Source: Ptychomitrium polyphyllum
Lineage: Eukaryota
Length of the DNA: 64,000 nt
NCBI GenBank assembly: GCA_973851085.1
Contig: OZ316775.1
Coordinates: 2,666,001 to 2,730,000 of the forward strand
Direction: 5' to 3'
A model generated the notes under the pieces. It made no database searches. It saw nothing but the letters and a program-made list of their open reading frames with translations, and was not told where the DNA came from. The translations under genes and the position numbers were made by a program. Shown here piece after piece: positions 1 through 13,302 of this stretch. Each line of letters begins with the position of its first letter. Position 1 is the first letter of the stretch.

Positions 1-92
1 GTGGCTTCCACGTAATCAACATGCATCGATAGTCGTAGCAAGACACATCATGCCAAGATAAACAAAACCAAGTACGCATTCTCTAAACGTAC

Positions 93-2343
93 CTGTCCCA
101 CATGTCTGGATGAAATCAAAATCGGCACTGTCCTCCAACAATGCTGCCTTGACTCTCGACTCTACAAAAACATTTGATACTTTCTGATCTCTGAGCCACC
201 TGCAGATCGACGTTGACATACTCAGTACAGGAATCACGAACATAAAGCATTGAAATTAATTATTTGACTTGCTATTAGCAACTCTTAGCGTAGGCAAATC
301 CTATACATACTTGACGAGTGAATACTAATTTAAGCAAAACTGGAACGAAGGAGAGATAGTGCATATTATTGACAATTGTTTATTTTTACTTTGAAATATG
401 TCTCAGATTACGATTTCTAAAACAAATCGAAAAGCAATACACCAAACTACCTGAAAACAAACTTACCAAACCATTTCTTTACAAAGCTGCTGCACGGCTC
501 CTGCATTTGGCTTCAAGAGAATGAAGACCGATCGAGGTGAAGACTTCCAAATCAAAATAATCTATCGAACAGAAACAATGAGGCTTGTGAGAAACCACAG
601 CATGCTATCGAGTAGAAATGGCGCATAGAAAGGGACCCGTGTTTGTTTCAAGCAAAAGGACTGACACGTGCACAATCTCATTAAAACACCTCAGGACAAT
701 TCAGATGCGCCAACGTCGCAAAAGAGAGCACCTGTTCGTTGCTTCGGACTTCTGCATTGATGTCACCGGATTCAATTGAGACAAGGTCACGATTCTGCCT
801 TTGCCTCCTCTCATCGACAGGATCCCAAGTGAGAGTAAATGGTGCCTGCGGTATAAAATAGTAATCCACGTAAATACAAGTGATCAGCTGGTGGGATACT
901 GCTTGAGGTGACAAATAGGTGAGCAATGAACATGTAAAATATCGAACACTGTAAAAAAACAAGGAATAAGAAAGCAATCGACCCTTAACCCCAAGCACTA
1001 GCCACTTGCGGTAAGCCTAATATGCCTAGAAGATACAGGCATTTGAAAGATAAAACCAGACAAAACATAGCAGCTAATTAAACCGACAAGTTTAGAGTCA
1101 CAAGGACAGGCAGTTTGCTCGTGCATCAAAAGAGAAACAAATTGTGGAGAAGGTCAAACATTTCTCATTTCACCTTCTCAGATACTTTCCCCTCCAACTG
1201 CGTATCCAAGTAAAGATTATTGAAAGGATCGATATTATAGCTCAGATCTTGCTGAGTACGAGTGACTTCCTCAGATTGGGGAAAATCGTTTGCAGAAAAA
1301 CCGTTTGGTGGTATCTGTGTTGGCAGATTTAACGCTCTTAACTCGTCGGCATTAGTCTCGACATTGGACATGGCTGACGGATAATCCTGTCTTGAAACGT
1401 CTGAAACATTGCTGAACATTTGTGAGCTACATCGAAAATATACAAGCGTTGAATACCAATAAAAATTGATCAACTGTTTTAGAATGCTACATCGTCAATT
1501 GACAGAAACAATTTGACACCAATAGGGTTTGGACAGACAAAAAACTGATAATTGTTTTAATATTCTTCCAAACAGTAAAGCATTGTTACGAATGAAGACA
1601 ATTACCAAGAGCTGCATTGTCAGCAAGAAGGCGCTTGAGATAGGTATTTCGAAGGAGTTCCATTTCATACTTATGCTTCCATTGTGCAGCTTCATCTTCA
1701 GCATGAGCTTTTTTCAACGCCACTTCCTCGAGGGCCTTGGCAACAGCTATTAACACATATGTTACAAATCAGTTGATTGGGTCCAACCAACAAACAAGAG
1801 ACGGTTTCCGCGCGTTCAAGTATAGAATTACATGTAATTACAGTAAAAGCAGATAAGGTCTTTCTCAGGAGTATTCAGAGGAATTCAACCCTCTGGATAA
1901 GGTACAGATTCAAGAAACCTCAAATTGAGTTCTCAGATGATTTACAAGAGGGGAAACATAAGCCAGAGAAAAAAATATGCTGGATTCGTAAGCATGGAAC
2001 GTGAAACGCGCAATATCCTCACACCTATCGTAAATTGCCAAATACTTTTGCCTCAGAGTGCAGGCGCTTTCGTCCTAGTCACAAAAGGAACCTCAACATC
2101 CACAACGCTCGGGAACCTGACAAAAATTTATTTTGCAGGATTTACTAAAAACATACTCTGCAAAGCATCTGAGAACTCAATTGAATGATTCGTCCCATTC
2201 CGTGTCGTTATCATAGCCCCAAATCCGTCAGAATCAACCTTTTGAGATTGAATAGCTCCACCTTCAATCCCGAACTCCTTGCCATTGTCATGCTCAAGCC
2301 GATACGAAGAGCTCTTGAGGCCAAATCGACCCTGCGGTACCAT
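93..2343 (-). CDS. NADK1: NAD kinase 1-like (cytosolic type), 5' part; continues beyond the left window edge
   Basis: GT-AG exons (minus): 2343-2157, 1746-1606, ~1400-1174, 845-732, 561-467, 199-93. Spliced product HSIEFSDALQTVAKALEEVALKKAHAEDEAAQWKHKYEME...APFTLTW...VSIESGDINAEVRSNEQIILIWKSSPRSVFILLKPNAGAVQQLCKEMVWWLRDQKVSNVFVESRVK resembles the N-terminal half of plant NADK1. The start codon and the 1400 acceptor are less certain. Confidence 0.88.
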
Positions 2344-3796
2344 AATGGTTTTAAAGCGTCAAATACTAAAACTGAGACAACTTTGAAGTGTCTGGTTTAT
2401 TTGGACGCTGAATTAGGGCTCGGGAATATATACGAAGTAAAATAAGATATCACATCGAAAGTAAATTACAAGTAAAATATTCCCTTCAAAACTAAAAATC
2501 AAATAATTTTGTTACTTGTATAATGTTCTGTTAGTCATCAGATAAACGAACAACGCACGCTAGCGACCACTGCTGTCTTGCTCTCTGAAATGTATCAAGT
2601 ACATCATCTCTTGACATGCAATCTCACGCACCAGTGGTTTTAATTGGTTCTCGTTACGCAAGGACAGTGAGATTCGAAGGAACACACTAACCCTCTTTGA
2701 TAGCTTGAGATAGCGTGGTAGCGTAAACTGACAAAGCAATGTATCACAATCCTGCAAGGTTGATCCACGAGCTGAAGATGGTCTCAATACTGCATAGGAG
2801 CCCTGTTCCGCCCCCACACCAAGCTCTCCTCGAGTCAGTCAAAAATTTCCAGACAATATTGCAGACACTCGTTAACTGCCTACCTAACACTTTGGGAGTT
2901 CCAATTTACCCTTGCCATGTAGGTGAGCACATGTCAGTTAGCAAATGAAGAGCACCTAGCATACGATGATCACTCAAAAAAACGGAACAGATTCTGAAAG
3001 AGAGAATGAACCTGTAATAGCAGATCCATGATTGCGGAGAAGAAAACTCCCACCACAATGCCAATTCCAACTATCTCCAATCCCTCCGCCACGAACATTT
3101 CACCCCACCTCCAGTTCCATGGCTACCCCCTCCGTCCGAACTCTGCTCTGCAAAGACGCCCCACCTACGTTAATTGCCATTCCATTCGCTACAATCAAGC
3201 TCAGTCACAACAACAGCCCATCCGCTTACAATGACCTCACCAATCCTCGACACACAACAATGAGCTCCATCGCCAGCCTTCCCAGAACCTGCAAGTGGGG
3301 GTGAAGTACAACCACCACAACAACCTCCTCCTCGACACACAACCACGTCAAAGGTGACACCTTGCAAGCAACTGAAGCTCACAACCCCTTGAAGCCGAAT
3401 CATCAACAGAGGGACGCACCAGGGGTCCCCAGTGTCCGCAACGCAAAACCCTTCCACCAGATCGTTCAAAAAGCAGTGGAAGCAAAGGAACGACTCCAGA
3501 CCCACAGCATGAAAGGAAAGCTGCCACCTTTCCAGAACCCAGAGACGACTGCAGCACACGGACAGCTGGTGTACGTCACTGCAGCAACCACGACGCAGCA
3601 GCAGCGTCCCCCATCCTCTCAACTAACTCTCCCCTAGTGCCTGCCTTGGCCAGTGTTTGCCAGTTTGGAACCTGTTTTTTTTCCCGGATGAAAAAACATC
3701 CGGAGGTAAAGGTTAGAGAACTCATTGACTCTGCTGCAGCGCCTCCATTCTGCCGTGCCGTGGCGAAGTGGAAACGTCGGCAATGGTGCCAAACGC

Positions 3797-3826
3797 GCTG
3801 CCTTTGCTGCCTTTGCTGCCTTGCTG
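3797..3826. repeat. Short 9-bp tandem repeat (GCTGCCTTT x~3) in the NADK1 upstream region
   Basis: gctgcctttgctgcctttgctgccttgctg seen directly. Confidence 0.7.
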
Positions 3827-5269
3827 ACTCCCACGGGCTTGGGAGGGCTCCCCGGTGCCCGCGGCTCGGGGGGGCCTACTTCCGCGCGCGGAATTAGAAT
3901 TTTCGTTCTTTTTTCTTTTTTCTTTTTCCTTTTTTCTTTTCCCGAAAGAATGCTACCTTTACTTTGAAATAGCAGTAATCATTGAATTGAGATTATATGA
4001 AAAACTGAATTCTTAAAAAATTAAAAATTTGGTTTGGTAAGGTTTTGGACTTCTTACAAGATTGATCCGAATATGCTACAATGTTACAGCATGCATTTAC
4101 ATTTCAATATTGTTATACAAGTACTTAACAGGGTTTTTGTTGTGATGGTAAAAATCCCCGTAGTTTGGAAGTGCAAATCTTTCATTCCAGAAGAAGTCAA
4201 AGTTTGCCAATCTTACTAAGTTCATTGCAAAACAAAACTTTTTTCTTTGCTTCAAGTATTGTGGTTTTCCAATTGTATAGTCAACTTCTTAGCCGCCAAC
4301 AGGCTGAAAGCATAACAGTGTTCGTTTGTGCGATTCCCCGCGTGCATTTTTTCTGCACTGGTTCGCTGTAGAAGACTATGACTTCCTTGCAAAACCGGAA
4401 CGTAGGCAGGCCATGGGACTCCATAATGACTCTGCTCTGCTGCAGTTATTTTGGAGTCAAAATATCAGCCCTTGTTACATGGCTTAATTGTAAATCAGCT
4501 TGCAATTAAGTCAAGTATCAATGGCTCACATTTTGTTTAAAATACAATACATTCTAAAATTGGTTTTTATTAATGTTAAGAAATTTGTTCCATTATAAAT
4601 CAAGTTTACAACTTGTTGGCCATGCTTAACAAATGAATAACCTCTGAATATTTGATTGAACAATGTGGAGTCCAGTGGAAGGGGAATAAGTGCTCCTAGC
4701 AATGGTTTTTAAATGGTTTGACCTACTGGTATATTATCAATTTCAGCTTTTAGTTTTTAATTTTTGTATTGCACACATTATGTAGATATTTTAATTCCTT
4801 TTGGCATTTCAAAAACTTGGAAGGATGTGCTTGAAAGATTAATACTTTCTCTTAAAACAACAACATCAGAATCAATGTGAAAGATGATGAAGTCCTCTAT
4901 GTGCAAGGAATTGTTGTGGTAGTCAAAGCAAATTAGAAATTGTACCACTAACGGAGTACTAAAAATTATGACAAAAGTGATGACAGTACGATTCATACTT
5001 ATAATCGAACATTTCTTATTTCAACAACCATTAGACGAAATCTTAAGGTTAATGACCTTAAAAATGTATACAATGTTATAAAATTAAGAATCTTAATTAT
5101 TTTACTTTAATTTTATTATTAATTAAACATTAAACAATATCATTTGATGGTTACATATGGAAGACCTTGAAATGATTTCTAATTTCAATTCCATAGCAAA
5201 AAAAAATTCATAAAATAGACTATGTATTTTAATATCCAATTTTCTACTTAAATTTTTATCATTCAACTC

Positions 5270-5908
5270 CTATGACCCACTTTCACCCCACCGCCACAAC
5301 CTACTTTCATTCCACTGTCATGACCCACATTTCATCCCACCGCTTTAACCTACTTTTATTCCACCACTATGATCCACTTTCATCCCACCCCCATAACCCA
5401 CTTTCACCTCACCTCCATAACCCACTTTCATCCCACCACCTCGACAAACTTTCACCTCACCCCAATGACCTATTTTCATCCCACCTCTATGATCCACTTT
5501 CATTCTACCGCCTTAACCAATTTTCATCCCACTGCCCTGACCCACTTTCACTCCACTGCAATGACCCGTTTCCACCTCACCTCAATGACCCACTTTCACC
5601 GCACCTACATAACCCACTTTTATCTCACCGCCATGACCCACTTCACTCCACCCCGATTACTCACTTTCATCCCACCACTCTAACCAACTTTTACCTCACC
5701 TCAATAACTCATTTTCATTCCACCGCCTTGACTAATTTTCATCCCACCCCAATGACCCATTTTCATCCCACTTCCATGATCTACTTTCATCCCACCACCA
5801 TGACCCACTTTCATCCCACCACCATGACCCACTTTCATCCCACCACCATGACCCACTTTCATCCCACCACCATGACCCACTTTCATCCCACCACCATGAC
5901 CCACTTTC
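5270..5908. repeat. 24-bp minisatellite (CCCACCACCATGACCCACTTTCAT)n, ~26 copies
   Basis: Rightmost 4-5 units are perfect and leftward units progressively degenerate. The array produces the spurious THFHPTTM and MKVGHGGG ORFs. Confidence 0.95.
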
Positions 5909-5981
5909 GGCACTTTCGGCACGCCCAGGTGTGGAAATATGGGAGTTTTGGTTCAAAGATGGTGACGAGTAGGATTAGGGG

Positions 5982-5990
5982 TTAGGGTTT
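5982..5990 (-). promoter_or_regulatory. Telo-box (AAACCCTAA) upstream of pelota
   Basis: ttagggttt ~165 bp upstream of the pelota ATG. Telo-boxes are common near plant translation-machinery genes. Confidence 0.6.
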
Positions 5991-6152
5991 GCGGGCGAGA
6001 TCGTGAAGTCAGAGCTAACGAAGCAGAGGAAGCTTTCGCCAGCTGCGTTAGGGTTGGTGGAGTGGTGATCCAGCGGAGTGTTTGAGGAGGCTGGGCAGCA
6101 GACAGGGGAGGGAGGGGGGAGTGCAGGCGGAGAGGGGAGATAGACGACCATC

Positions 6153-7289
6153 ATGAGGTTGGTGCGGCGCGACATCACGAAGAATGGCGCGGGGAGCGTG
6201 AAGCTGGTGCCTGAAGAGGCGGAGGACATGTGGCACATTTACAACTTGGTGGCGGAAGGCGATCGCGTTTCTGCGGTCACAGTTCGCAAGGTCATGCGCG
6301 AGACTGCCTCAGGGGGCGGGGAGGCGGAGCGTGTGCGTCTCAAGCTTGAGATCGAAGTGGAATCCGTGGAATATGACAAGGTCGCCGCGGTTCTACGAGT
6401 ACGGGGGAAGAACATGTCTGAGAGCGAGCATGTGCGGCTTGGGGCGTATCACACCATGGAGCTCGACCAGCAGCGGCCGTTTGTATTGGCCAAAGGGGTA
6501 TGGGACGCCATGGCGATCGAGTATTTGAAGCAGGCGTGCGATCCAGCAGCGAGTGCGGATGTGGCTGCGGTCATGATGCAGGAGGGCTTGGCGAATATTT
6601 GTTTGGTGGGTGCGAGTATCACCACCGTCAAAGCGAGAGTGGAGTCGTCGATTCCTCGGAAGCATGGGTCTGCTATTGCAGGATATGACAAAGCGTTGAA
6701 TAAGTTTTTCGAGAATGTTTTGCAAGCTGTGCTGCGTCATGTGAATTTTGGCATAGTTCGTTGTCTGGTGGTTGCGAGTCCTGGGTTTACGAAGGATCAG
6801 TTTTTTGATTACATGATGTTGGAGGCGACTAGACGAGATTTAAGGCAGATTATTGAGAATAAGGGGAAGATTGTGTTGACGCATTCTTCAAGTGGGTACA
6901 AGCATGCGCTGAAGGAAGTCTTGGCAGCTCCGCCTGTGATGGCACTTATCAAGGATACTAAGGCTGTCAAGGAGGTGAGAGCGTTGGATGATTTTCATGC
7001 CATGCTTTCTAATGATTCTGCACGAGCGTTTTATGGGCCAGGGCATGTGTTTGCTGCGCATGATCGGTTAGCCATTCAGACTCTTCTTATTACGGACGAC
7101 CTTTTTAGGAGTGCTGATATTACCACTCGGCGCAAGTATGTGGATTTGGTGGAGTCTGTCAAAGCTGGAGGTGGGGAGGTGTACATTTTTTCTGTTATGC
7201 ATGTCTCTGGGGAGCAGCTTCAGCAGCTCACTGGAATTGCTGCCATTTTGCGGTTTCCATTGCCCGACTTAGAAGACATGGAGCTTTGA
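6153..7289 (+). CDS. PELO: Protein pelota / Dom34 (eRF1-like ribosome rescue factor), intronless, 378 aa
   Basis: Single ORF with [41 protein letters not shown] (PGF motif), AFYGPGHV and [23 protein letters not shown]. Confidence 0.97.
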   Translation: MRLVRRDITKNGAGSVKLVPEEAEDMWHIYNLVAEGDRVSAVTVRKVMRETASGGGEAERVRLKLEIEVESVEYDKVAAVLRVRGKNMSESEHVRLGAYHTMELDQQRPFVLAKGVWDAMAIEYLKQACDPAASADVAAVMMQEGLANICLVGASITTVKARVESSIPRKHGSAIAGYDKALNKFFENVLQAVLRHVNFGIVRCLVVASPGFTKDQFFDYMMLEATRRDLRQIIENKGKIVLTHSSSGYKHALKEVLAAPPVMALIKDTKAVKEVRALDDFHAMLSNDSARAFYGPGHVFAAHDRLAIQTLLITDDLFRSADITTRRKYVDLVESVKAGGGEVYIFSVMHVSGEQLQQLTGIAAILRFPLPDLEDMEL

Positions 7290-8747
7290 TGCGATTATCA
7301 ATGTCTGTTGTGAGTACCTGAATTACCATTTGTATATAGTGCACCTTTTTTAATCTGGAGCTGCTACTGTGTTAGCTGTGAGCTTCTGCCCTTTCTGTCA
7401 TGGAAAAACAATGTCCATGGAGATGGTGTCTCGAGTACTTTTAGGTCTGTGTTCTGTACCAATGTAGGTTGTGATTTTAAGTCGAATCACATGATCAGAA
7501 CTGGTCTTATTGTAAACATGATATAAATACAATTTTGCACATAACCAATTTCTCCGTTGTATCAGCAGTCCTTCTACACTCTACTGTGATGAGTGTGCTG
7601 TTACGTGGTACCTGTTAGCCGCTTCCAGTAGTGATCTGTACAGTTAGATATTGAGTTTCTGATGGGCTATCTTATTATTTCCGTTTGCCTCGCCTCCCGC
7701 GTCTCTTGTCATAATGGTATATCTTACACCTGCTTCAATTCTGTATGCTAGATATTATAATCCAAGCCCATGTTGAGTCTATTGTGTATGTTCCGAGCTT
7801 TCATGCAAGGGGTTTGTTCTTGTTTTGAGCAGAAAGTCATTTAGTTAACATTAACCCAATCTGGACCATGATGCATTCTTGTACACTTCCAGAATGTTGA
7901 TAGTTGGAGAATTTTCCTGCTGTATGGTATAGTGGAGGCTTCATTCTTTTTTCAAGCTTGTTGGTTTTTGTGAGATGATTACCACACAGTCTGTGTGCGC
8001 ACCTCCTGCTTCCTGAGCATTCCTCAGCTTGTATTGTCTCATGTTGATATCTTGGTGCTGTTCCAATGATGTTCAGCGTACACAGGTGTGCTCTAGTTAT
8101 CAGCTTACGACGTCGATGCATTTTCGAAGCTGAACGATCCACTACTTCGCTATGAGACTTCATTGCAAACGTTTTAGCATGAACACTGTTTGCATGTTTA
8201 CCAGTGAAGTATTGATGTCATTCCGAAAATCCAACGTCCGGGTTGAGCATAGCCCAACTTCGAAGAATCCTCGACCTCGCTCTGCCTGCTAAGCGTCTTA
8301 CTGCTGCTGAACTGCGTTGGGAATTCTCGTTACTGTGCATCATGTTTCATTGGCTTTGGTTTTAGGGCGCCCGGTTGCGCGGTAATGAGACAAGTCACGC
8401 CACTTAGGGTTTTGTTGCGAATCACGGATTATTTACAGCTTTTCTTCACTCTGTTTTGGCCATCTCAGGACATGCTGCTCTATTCCTATGCTGCATTTTT
8501 TGTCGATGCTTGCAAGGTTGAATCCGTGAGCATGTGAATTGCGAGTTGGAGCACGACGCTGCAAACTAGATGCAACCATGTAATATGACGGAAGCATTGC
8601 CAATTAGAGTTGCACGTTGTGGGAGTGCAGGTGGGAGCTGAAGTCATCAAGAGTTCAGGGATTGTGAGTTGGAGCCACAAGAGGATAGCGATCGAGGTAA
8701 ACAGAGTAGATTGCAGTTTTTGGTGCAGGGTTGGAGTTTTTGGGGAG

Positions 8748-10343
8748 ATGGCGCGCGGAGGGAAGTGGAAGAAGAGTAAGTAGAAGAAGACGTGGATTTT
8801 GGTGTAATAACCGCCCGATGCTCGCAAGCAAGTATGATTAGGAGCCGTGCCTTAACAGCTCCATCTCCACCCTCCAGAAGTCATCGGATCGTCTGCTCCG
8901 TCTTCCTTCCTGGTAACCCTCAACCCCTCTTTGATGAGTAGATTGGTGAAATGTCAGTTTGTTTTTGCGGAAATTTCCTTTTCTTAAACCCTGGATATCT
9001 GATCACCCAATCGCGATGCGGATTAAGTACTTCGTTGCTTATGAGCTGCAGCAGTGTCAGGAAGAAATATCTCAAAAGGCAAGATACCATCGCGAGAGAT
9101 GGTTACTCAGAGTAATTTAATTGGGTGTGATATGTTTGCAGTTGCTCGCGTTAGCAGAATTGAAACGATTTACTGTTTGTTAAATTTGGAATTAGTATCA
9201 TGACCACGGAGGTTTTATTTAGCGGATTTCAGTATAGCTTAATGATGCGTTACTTAATGCAGGTTCTCGCATGTGTAAAGACTTCTGCAGCTAAGACCAA
9301 CACAAAGGTAATGTCACGTTTGCAAAATCTCAACATTTTAACAGAAGCATGTATGTTTATTTGCATATGTCACAAAGTGGTTTATGCCCTTGATTTGCTG
9401 CATTTGTGCATGTGCTAAGTGATCTTCATGATTTGATGATCTTCATGCAATCTTTTAGAATACTTAATGACGAGAGAGCATCATTTCCGAGTAGGTGATG
9501 ATGCGACTCAGCTTCTGAATACTCAAGTGTTTCCGTAGGATCTCGACTTATGTCAATCCATAAATCGGTAGATCTTGGTCCTCGTTAGCTATTTTGCATA
9601 TTCCTTCGTGGAATGTGTTCGAGTGAAGTAATGATGACACTTGAAAATTTTCAGGCATATCCCAAACCCTGTGGCTGGCAATGTAGGAAGCGATCCTGGA
9701 AGACCAAGCAGGATTCCTATTTGAGTATATGCGAGGACAGTGGTTTGCGACTTGGATGACACCTTTAACGCTGCACCAGTCTCAAGCTGAGATGAAATAC
9801 TATACATAACAGGCTCCATCAACCTTCGTGGAGGTAATAATCATTTACCAGATATTTTTACGCTACCTATACCTATGTCATGTCTTCAATTTAAGGCTGT
9901 TACTCAAATTCATTGTGTACCCAACATGCAGATGAATTTCTCACTTTAAGATACGCACTGTTGAAGATAATGCCACGATTGTTTTCACCCCTAAGAGTAT
10001 GGACAAGGCATCACCGCTTTCTGCAGAAAGTAGTTCACTGGAGCGAGGAAAGCCTGAACAAGCGACTGAAGGAATAAGTGATGATGGTATGGCCCAGGTT
10101 AACAGTGATGCTTCAAAAGTAGTAGAAGTAACGAGTACGTGCTCTAACGAGACAGGGATTGGGCCTGAAGTTGGTGTTAGGGAGTTTGATATCCTTGATT
10201 TCGAGGGCATAATCCGGATACAGGGGATAAAGCATAGTCTGGACTTACCCCTCGAGTTGGTTCCAAGGAACCTTTGTGGGTTAGAAAATTTCATTCACTT
10301 CATTGTAATATCATCAAGGGTGGCTCCACAGCAACCGGTGTGA
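8748..10343 (+). pseudogene. ATG5: ATG5 (autophagy protein 5) pseudogene with nonsense codons, frameshift(s) and a central deletion
   Basis: Exon ending at 8912 reads DARKQV*LGAVP*QLHLHPPEVIGSSAPSSFL (cf. plant ATG5 VWEGAIPLQIHLH...APPPAL). Exon 9263-9307 starts VLA. Exon 9655-9833 reads RIPI*VYARTVVCDLDDTFNAAPVSS*DEILYI. Exon 9932-10343 reads DEFLTLRYA, shifts frame, then IRIQGIKHSLDLPLELVPRNLCGLENFIHFIV (cf. VRIQGI..LEIPFSWVVNNL..PE.YLHI). Stops at 8835, 8853, 9722 and 9788. Confidence 0.8.
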
Positions 10344-13234
10344 GCCTTTTAAAAGTCTCATGGATTCCCTTTCTTTCATTTCTTCAGCTCGATTCTTTCG
10401 CCGCTTGTTGACTACTCTGGCTCACCTTGAGATAGACTTCTCTGAACTTCGTTTCTAGGGTCACGCTACTCACTGTCATCAATGACAGTTTTATTCTGTT
10501 TTTAAAATGTTTGAATTGCATGTTCTCAGTGATTGTAGGTATATGGAGCTGAACCAGTCCTGTACTCAAGTTCATAAGAATAATGCTTTCAAGATCAACT
10601 GCTGGCATGGATCTAATGATCAAGTGTGCCCAGTAGGTTGGGATGTTTGATTCAATTAGGAAACTTAAAGATTCTCGGGTGTAATCTTATCCAGGTGCAG
10701 GTACAGTTCATGAAATATTAACAAATGGACCTCATGTGCAGTACGAGCTAATTGGATTCACGGGTCTAACACTTGAGGCAAAGAATGTGCTAATCAGAAG
10801 CATGGATATGCTGAGGACCCTGATGAGCAGAGCATCCTTGCTTTTCCTGACAGAATAAGAACACAATTGCTAAAGATCACATGGAATGTCCTGAGCCTAG
10901 ACTTCCATGGGCCAACAGCTACTTTGGGACCACTCGTTGTGTGCTTACAAAGCCAAGTAGCATCACCAGAAAACCCACAGGTGCATAGCCGGAAAATTAA
11001 AAGTGGCCACAAGGTTGAACAGTTAAAGTCAAACAATTGTGTCTCTGTGGTGTAAAGTACTCCACTTACAAAATTAGATAGCCTAAGATGAGTTCTGAAA
11101 AGGTCCAAGACTTTGATTGTTGTACAGCCGATGTGTTGTGTGGATGTTTGACACTGGGATTCAATCACAGGATCCCTTGGTGTTTTGATGAGAAGTGGCA
11201 AAGAGGGGACTATTCAAGCACTCAAGAGTATAGAAATGTACAAGTTGGTGGCATTGTGCCGCATTATGTGGTGTGGTGGTGCAGCTTCTACTTCTTATCA
11301 TGACGAACATATGGAAGGTGATATACCCCTATGATTCAGAACAGGCTGGGTCAATGTTTTGAAGTTTTCCACAGTGAGACAGATTGATAGACAAATTGGT
11401 GAACCATAGCGTGCCCTGCTACATTTGTGCTTATCTTTGAAACAAGTTCTCTATTAAGTTACTCCCTCTCCCTCAACCTATTGATGAGTAGTGTGAGTTG
11501 TATAGATGTTGTACTAATAGGCATGTCTGTTCTTGAGATGCGGTTGACCTTGATCTCAGTCACTAGGTCCCTCATATATGTGTGCTTACGTGATACATTG
11601 GGCTTTGATTCATGAAGGCAGCACATGAATGAATAATGACGAGCTTTGATCAAGGTTGTTCAAAGGCTACAGGAAAAACAGCTATATAATGATTTTGATA
11701 TCTTGTGAGAGATAAGTTATATCTCATTCATTTGTCTGTGCATATGTGGAAGATAAATTTACGGTCATGTACTTTGAAATTTGGGGAGTAAAAGGTAATC
11801 TTACTTTGAACTTGAAGTGTGAAAATTCAACTTATTGTGAAGCAAGGCTCTGGCCTGTCTTTGAAATGTCTTTTAGAGGAATGTCTCAAAAGCATACACA
11901 CCTCTGTGAACATGCAAATTGAATTTCTAATGTTGCAAAATTGAATGGGTAAAATTTGTCATTGCTTCTGCATGTATGAAAATGATATTGAAAGATTCAC
12001 CAGTTTTAGGGAAATAATCAGAATGATGACTTAAATAATCAGTTGAGATTTATGTCTGAATAGAGCCGTAGGAGAAGAACATCCCGTGTGCGCTATTTTT
12101 CAGAAAAATAATAATTCCTTTTTATTCTCCTTAATTTGGCTATCTAAATTCATTTACATGAGTCTTACATCCTTTTAATATAAATGGGTGTTTTAATCAT
12201 AGGCCAAGAAAATGGTGCACTAATTACTGCTACTAATAAGAATCATAATTATGAAGAATTTTTACAATGATTGTCGTAATGTAGGATATAGTGTGGCTTG
12301 AACTAATCTTTTGGTGTTCAAATTAGAATGAATAAAATAATATTAAAAATTTTAATTTCTTTTATAAAAAAATAATTTTTAAAAATAAAAATTTATTTTT
12401 TTATTTTTTTATTTTTTTATTTTCTCTTAAGGTTTTTTTTTTAAAAAAAATTGTTAGTATATTTCTATCTTGAGCTGCAAAATCTCACACTAATATTAAG
12501 TTTCATAGTCATAGCAGTAATTGGTGGCCATAGTAAAAAGCACAAAAGTTTAGTAATATTAAAGAAGAAAACACAACCATGCATTAGTAACTTGGAGATT
12601 CAAAAGTCATATGGTGATTTAGCAAAAAAGATTGTAAAAATCTTATACAACATCTTCTGTAAGCTTGCTACTTACTCTAGGATTAGGGAACTCACTCTCA
12701 AATCCCCAACCTCAAGGACCCATAACTTATTCACACAATATCCAAACGAATATGTTTCAATGATTTGAAAAGAAAAAACACCATTCACCAATAGTAACTA
12801 TGGTTAATTTCTTTGCAGTCACTAATATGACTATTGTGACTTCAGGGGTGATCCGCTCCAGTTGCTGAATAGTGGTATGCATTTTGGGGAACTTGCATAA
12901 AAGTACCCGTAATTTCAGGTCATTTGTCTGTATCGAAATATCAATTGACCTGGCGCCTGAACTAGGGCAGTAACTTTCTACTGAAGTTCGTTTGGAATAC
13001 AGTTTGGATGCCAGAGTCTCAGAAAATGGAATCTGCACTGAATATGGATGACCTGTGCGGTGAGCATAGCCACCGAAGAGGGAAGACAGTCTTTGGAGTT
13101 GTTTGTCACTGATGACACCGTAAGCGAACCTATGAAACGTGTTCATGGGGATTTGTATTGAACATCCTTGCACACTTGCCTGCTTGTAACAGTCTAGAAC
13201 TGGTGTTCGAGTGGCTCCAATGGAATCAACATAT

Positions 13235-13302
13235 TGGAATCTATAATGGAATCTATAGTGGAATCTATAGTGGAATCTATAATGGAATCTACGTTGGAAT
13301 CA
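13235..13302. repeat. 12-bp tandem repeat TGGAATCTATA(A/G), ~5 copies
   Basis: Seen directly; translates as a GIYN/GIYS repeat in ORF 13158..13373. Confidence 0.85.

Noticed and set aside
3028..3637. Several overlapping ORFs
   Set aside because: Lie in the probable leader and first intron of NADK1; no domain signal
5272..5985. 237-aa His/Thr/Pro-rich ORF and overlapping repeat ORFs
   Set aside because: Open in several frames and on both strands, with internal frame switching; a by-product of a stop-poor 24-bp repeat
7586..7662. Possible C/D-box snoRNA (GTGATGA...CTGA)
   Set aside because: No terminal stem or recognisable rRNA guide; these motifs are frequent by chance
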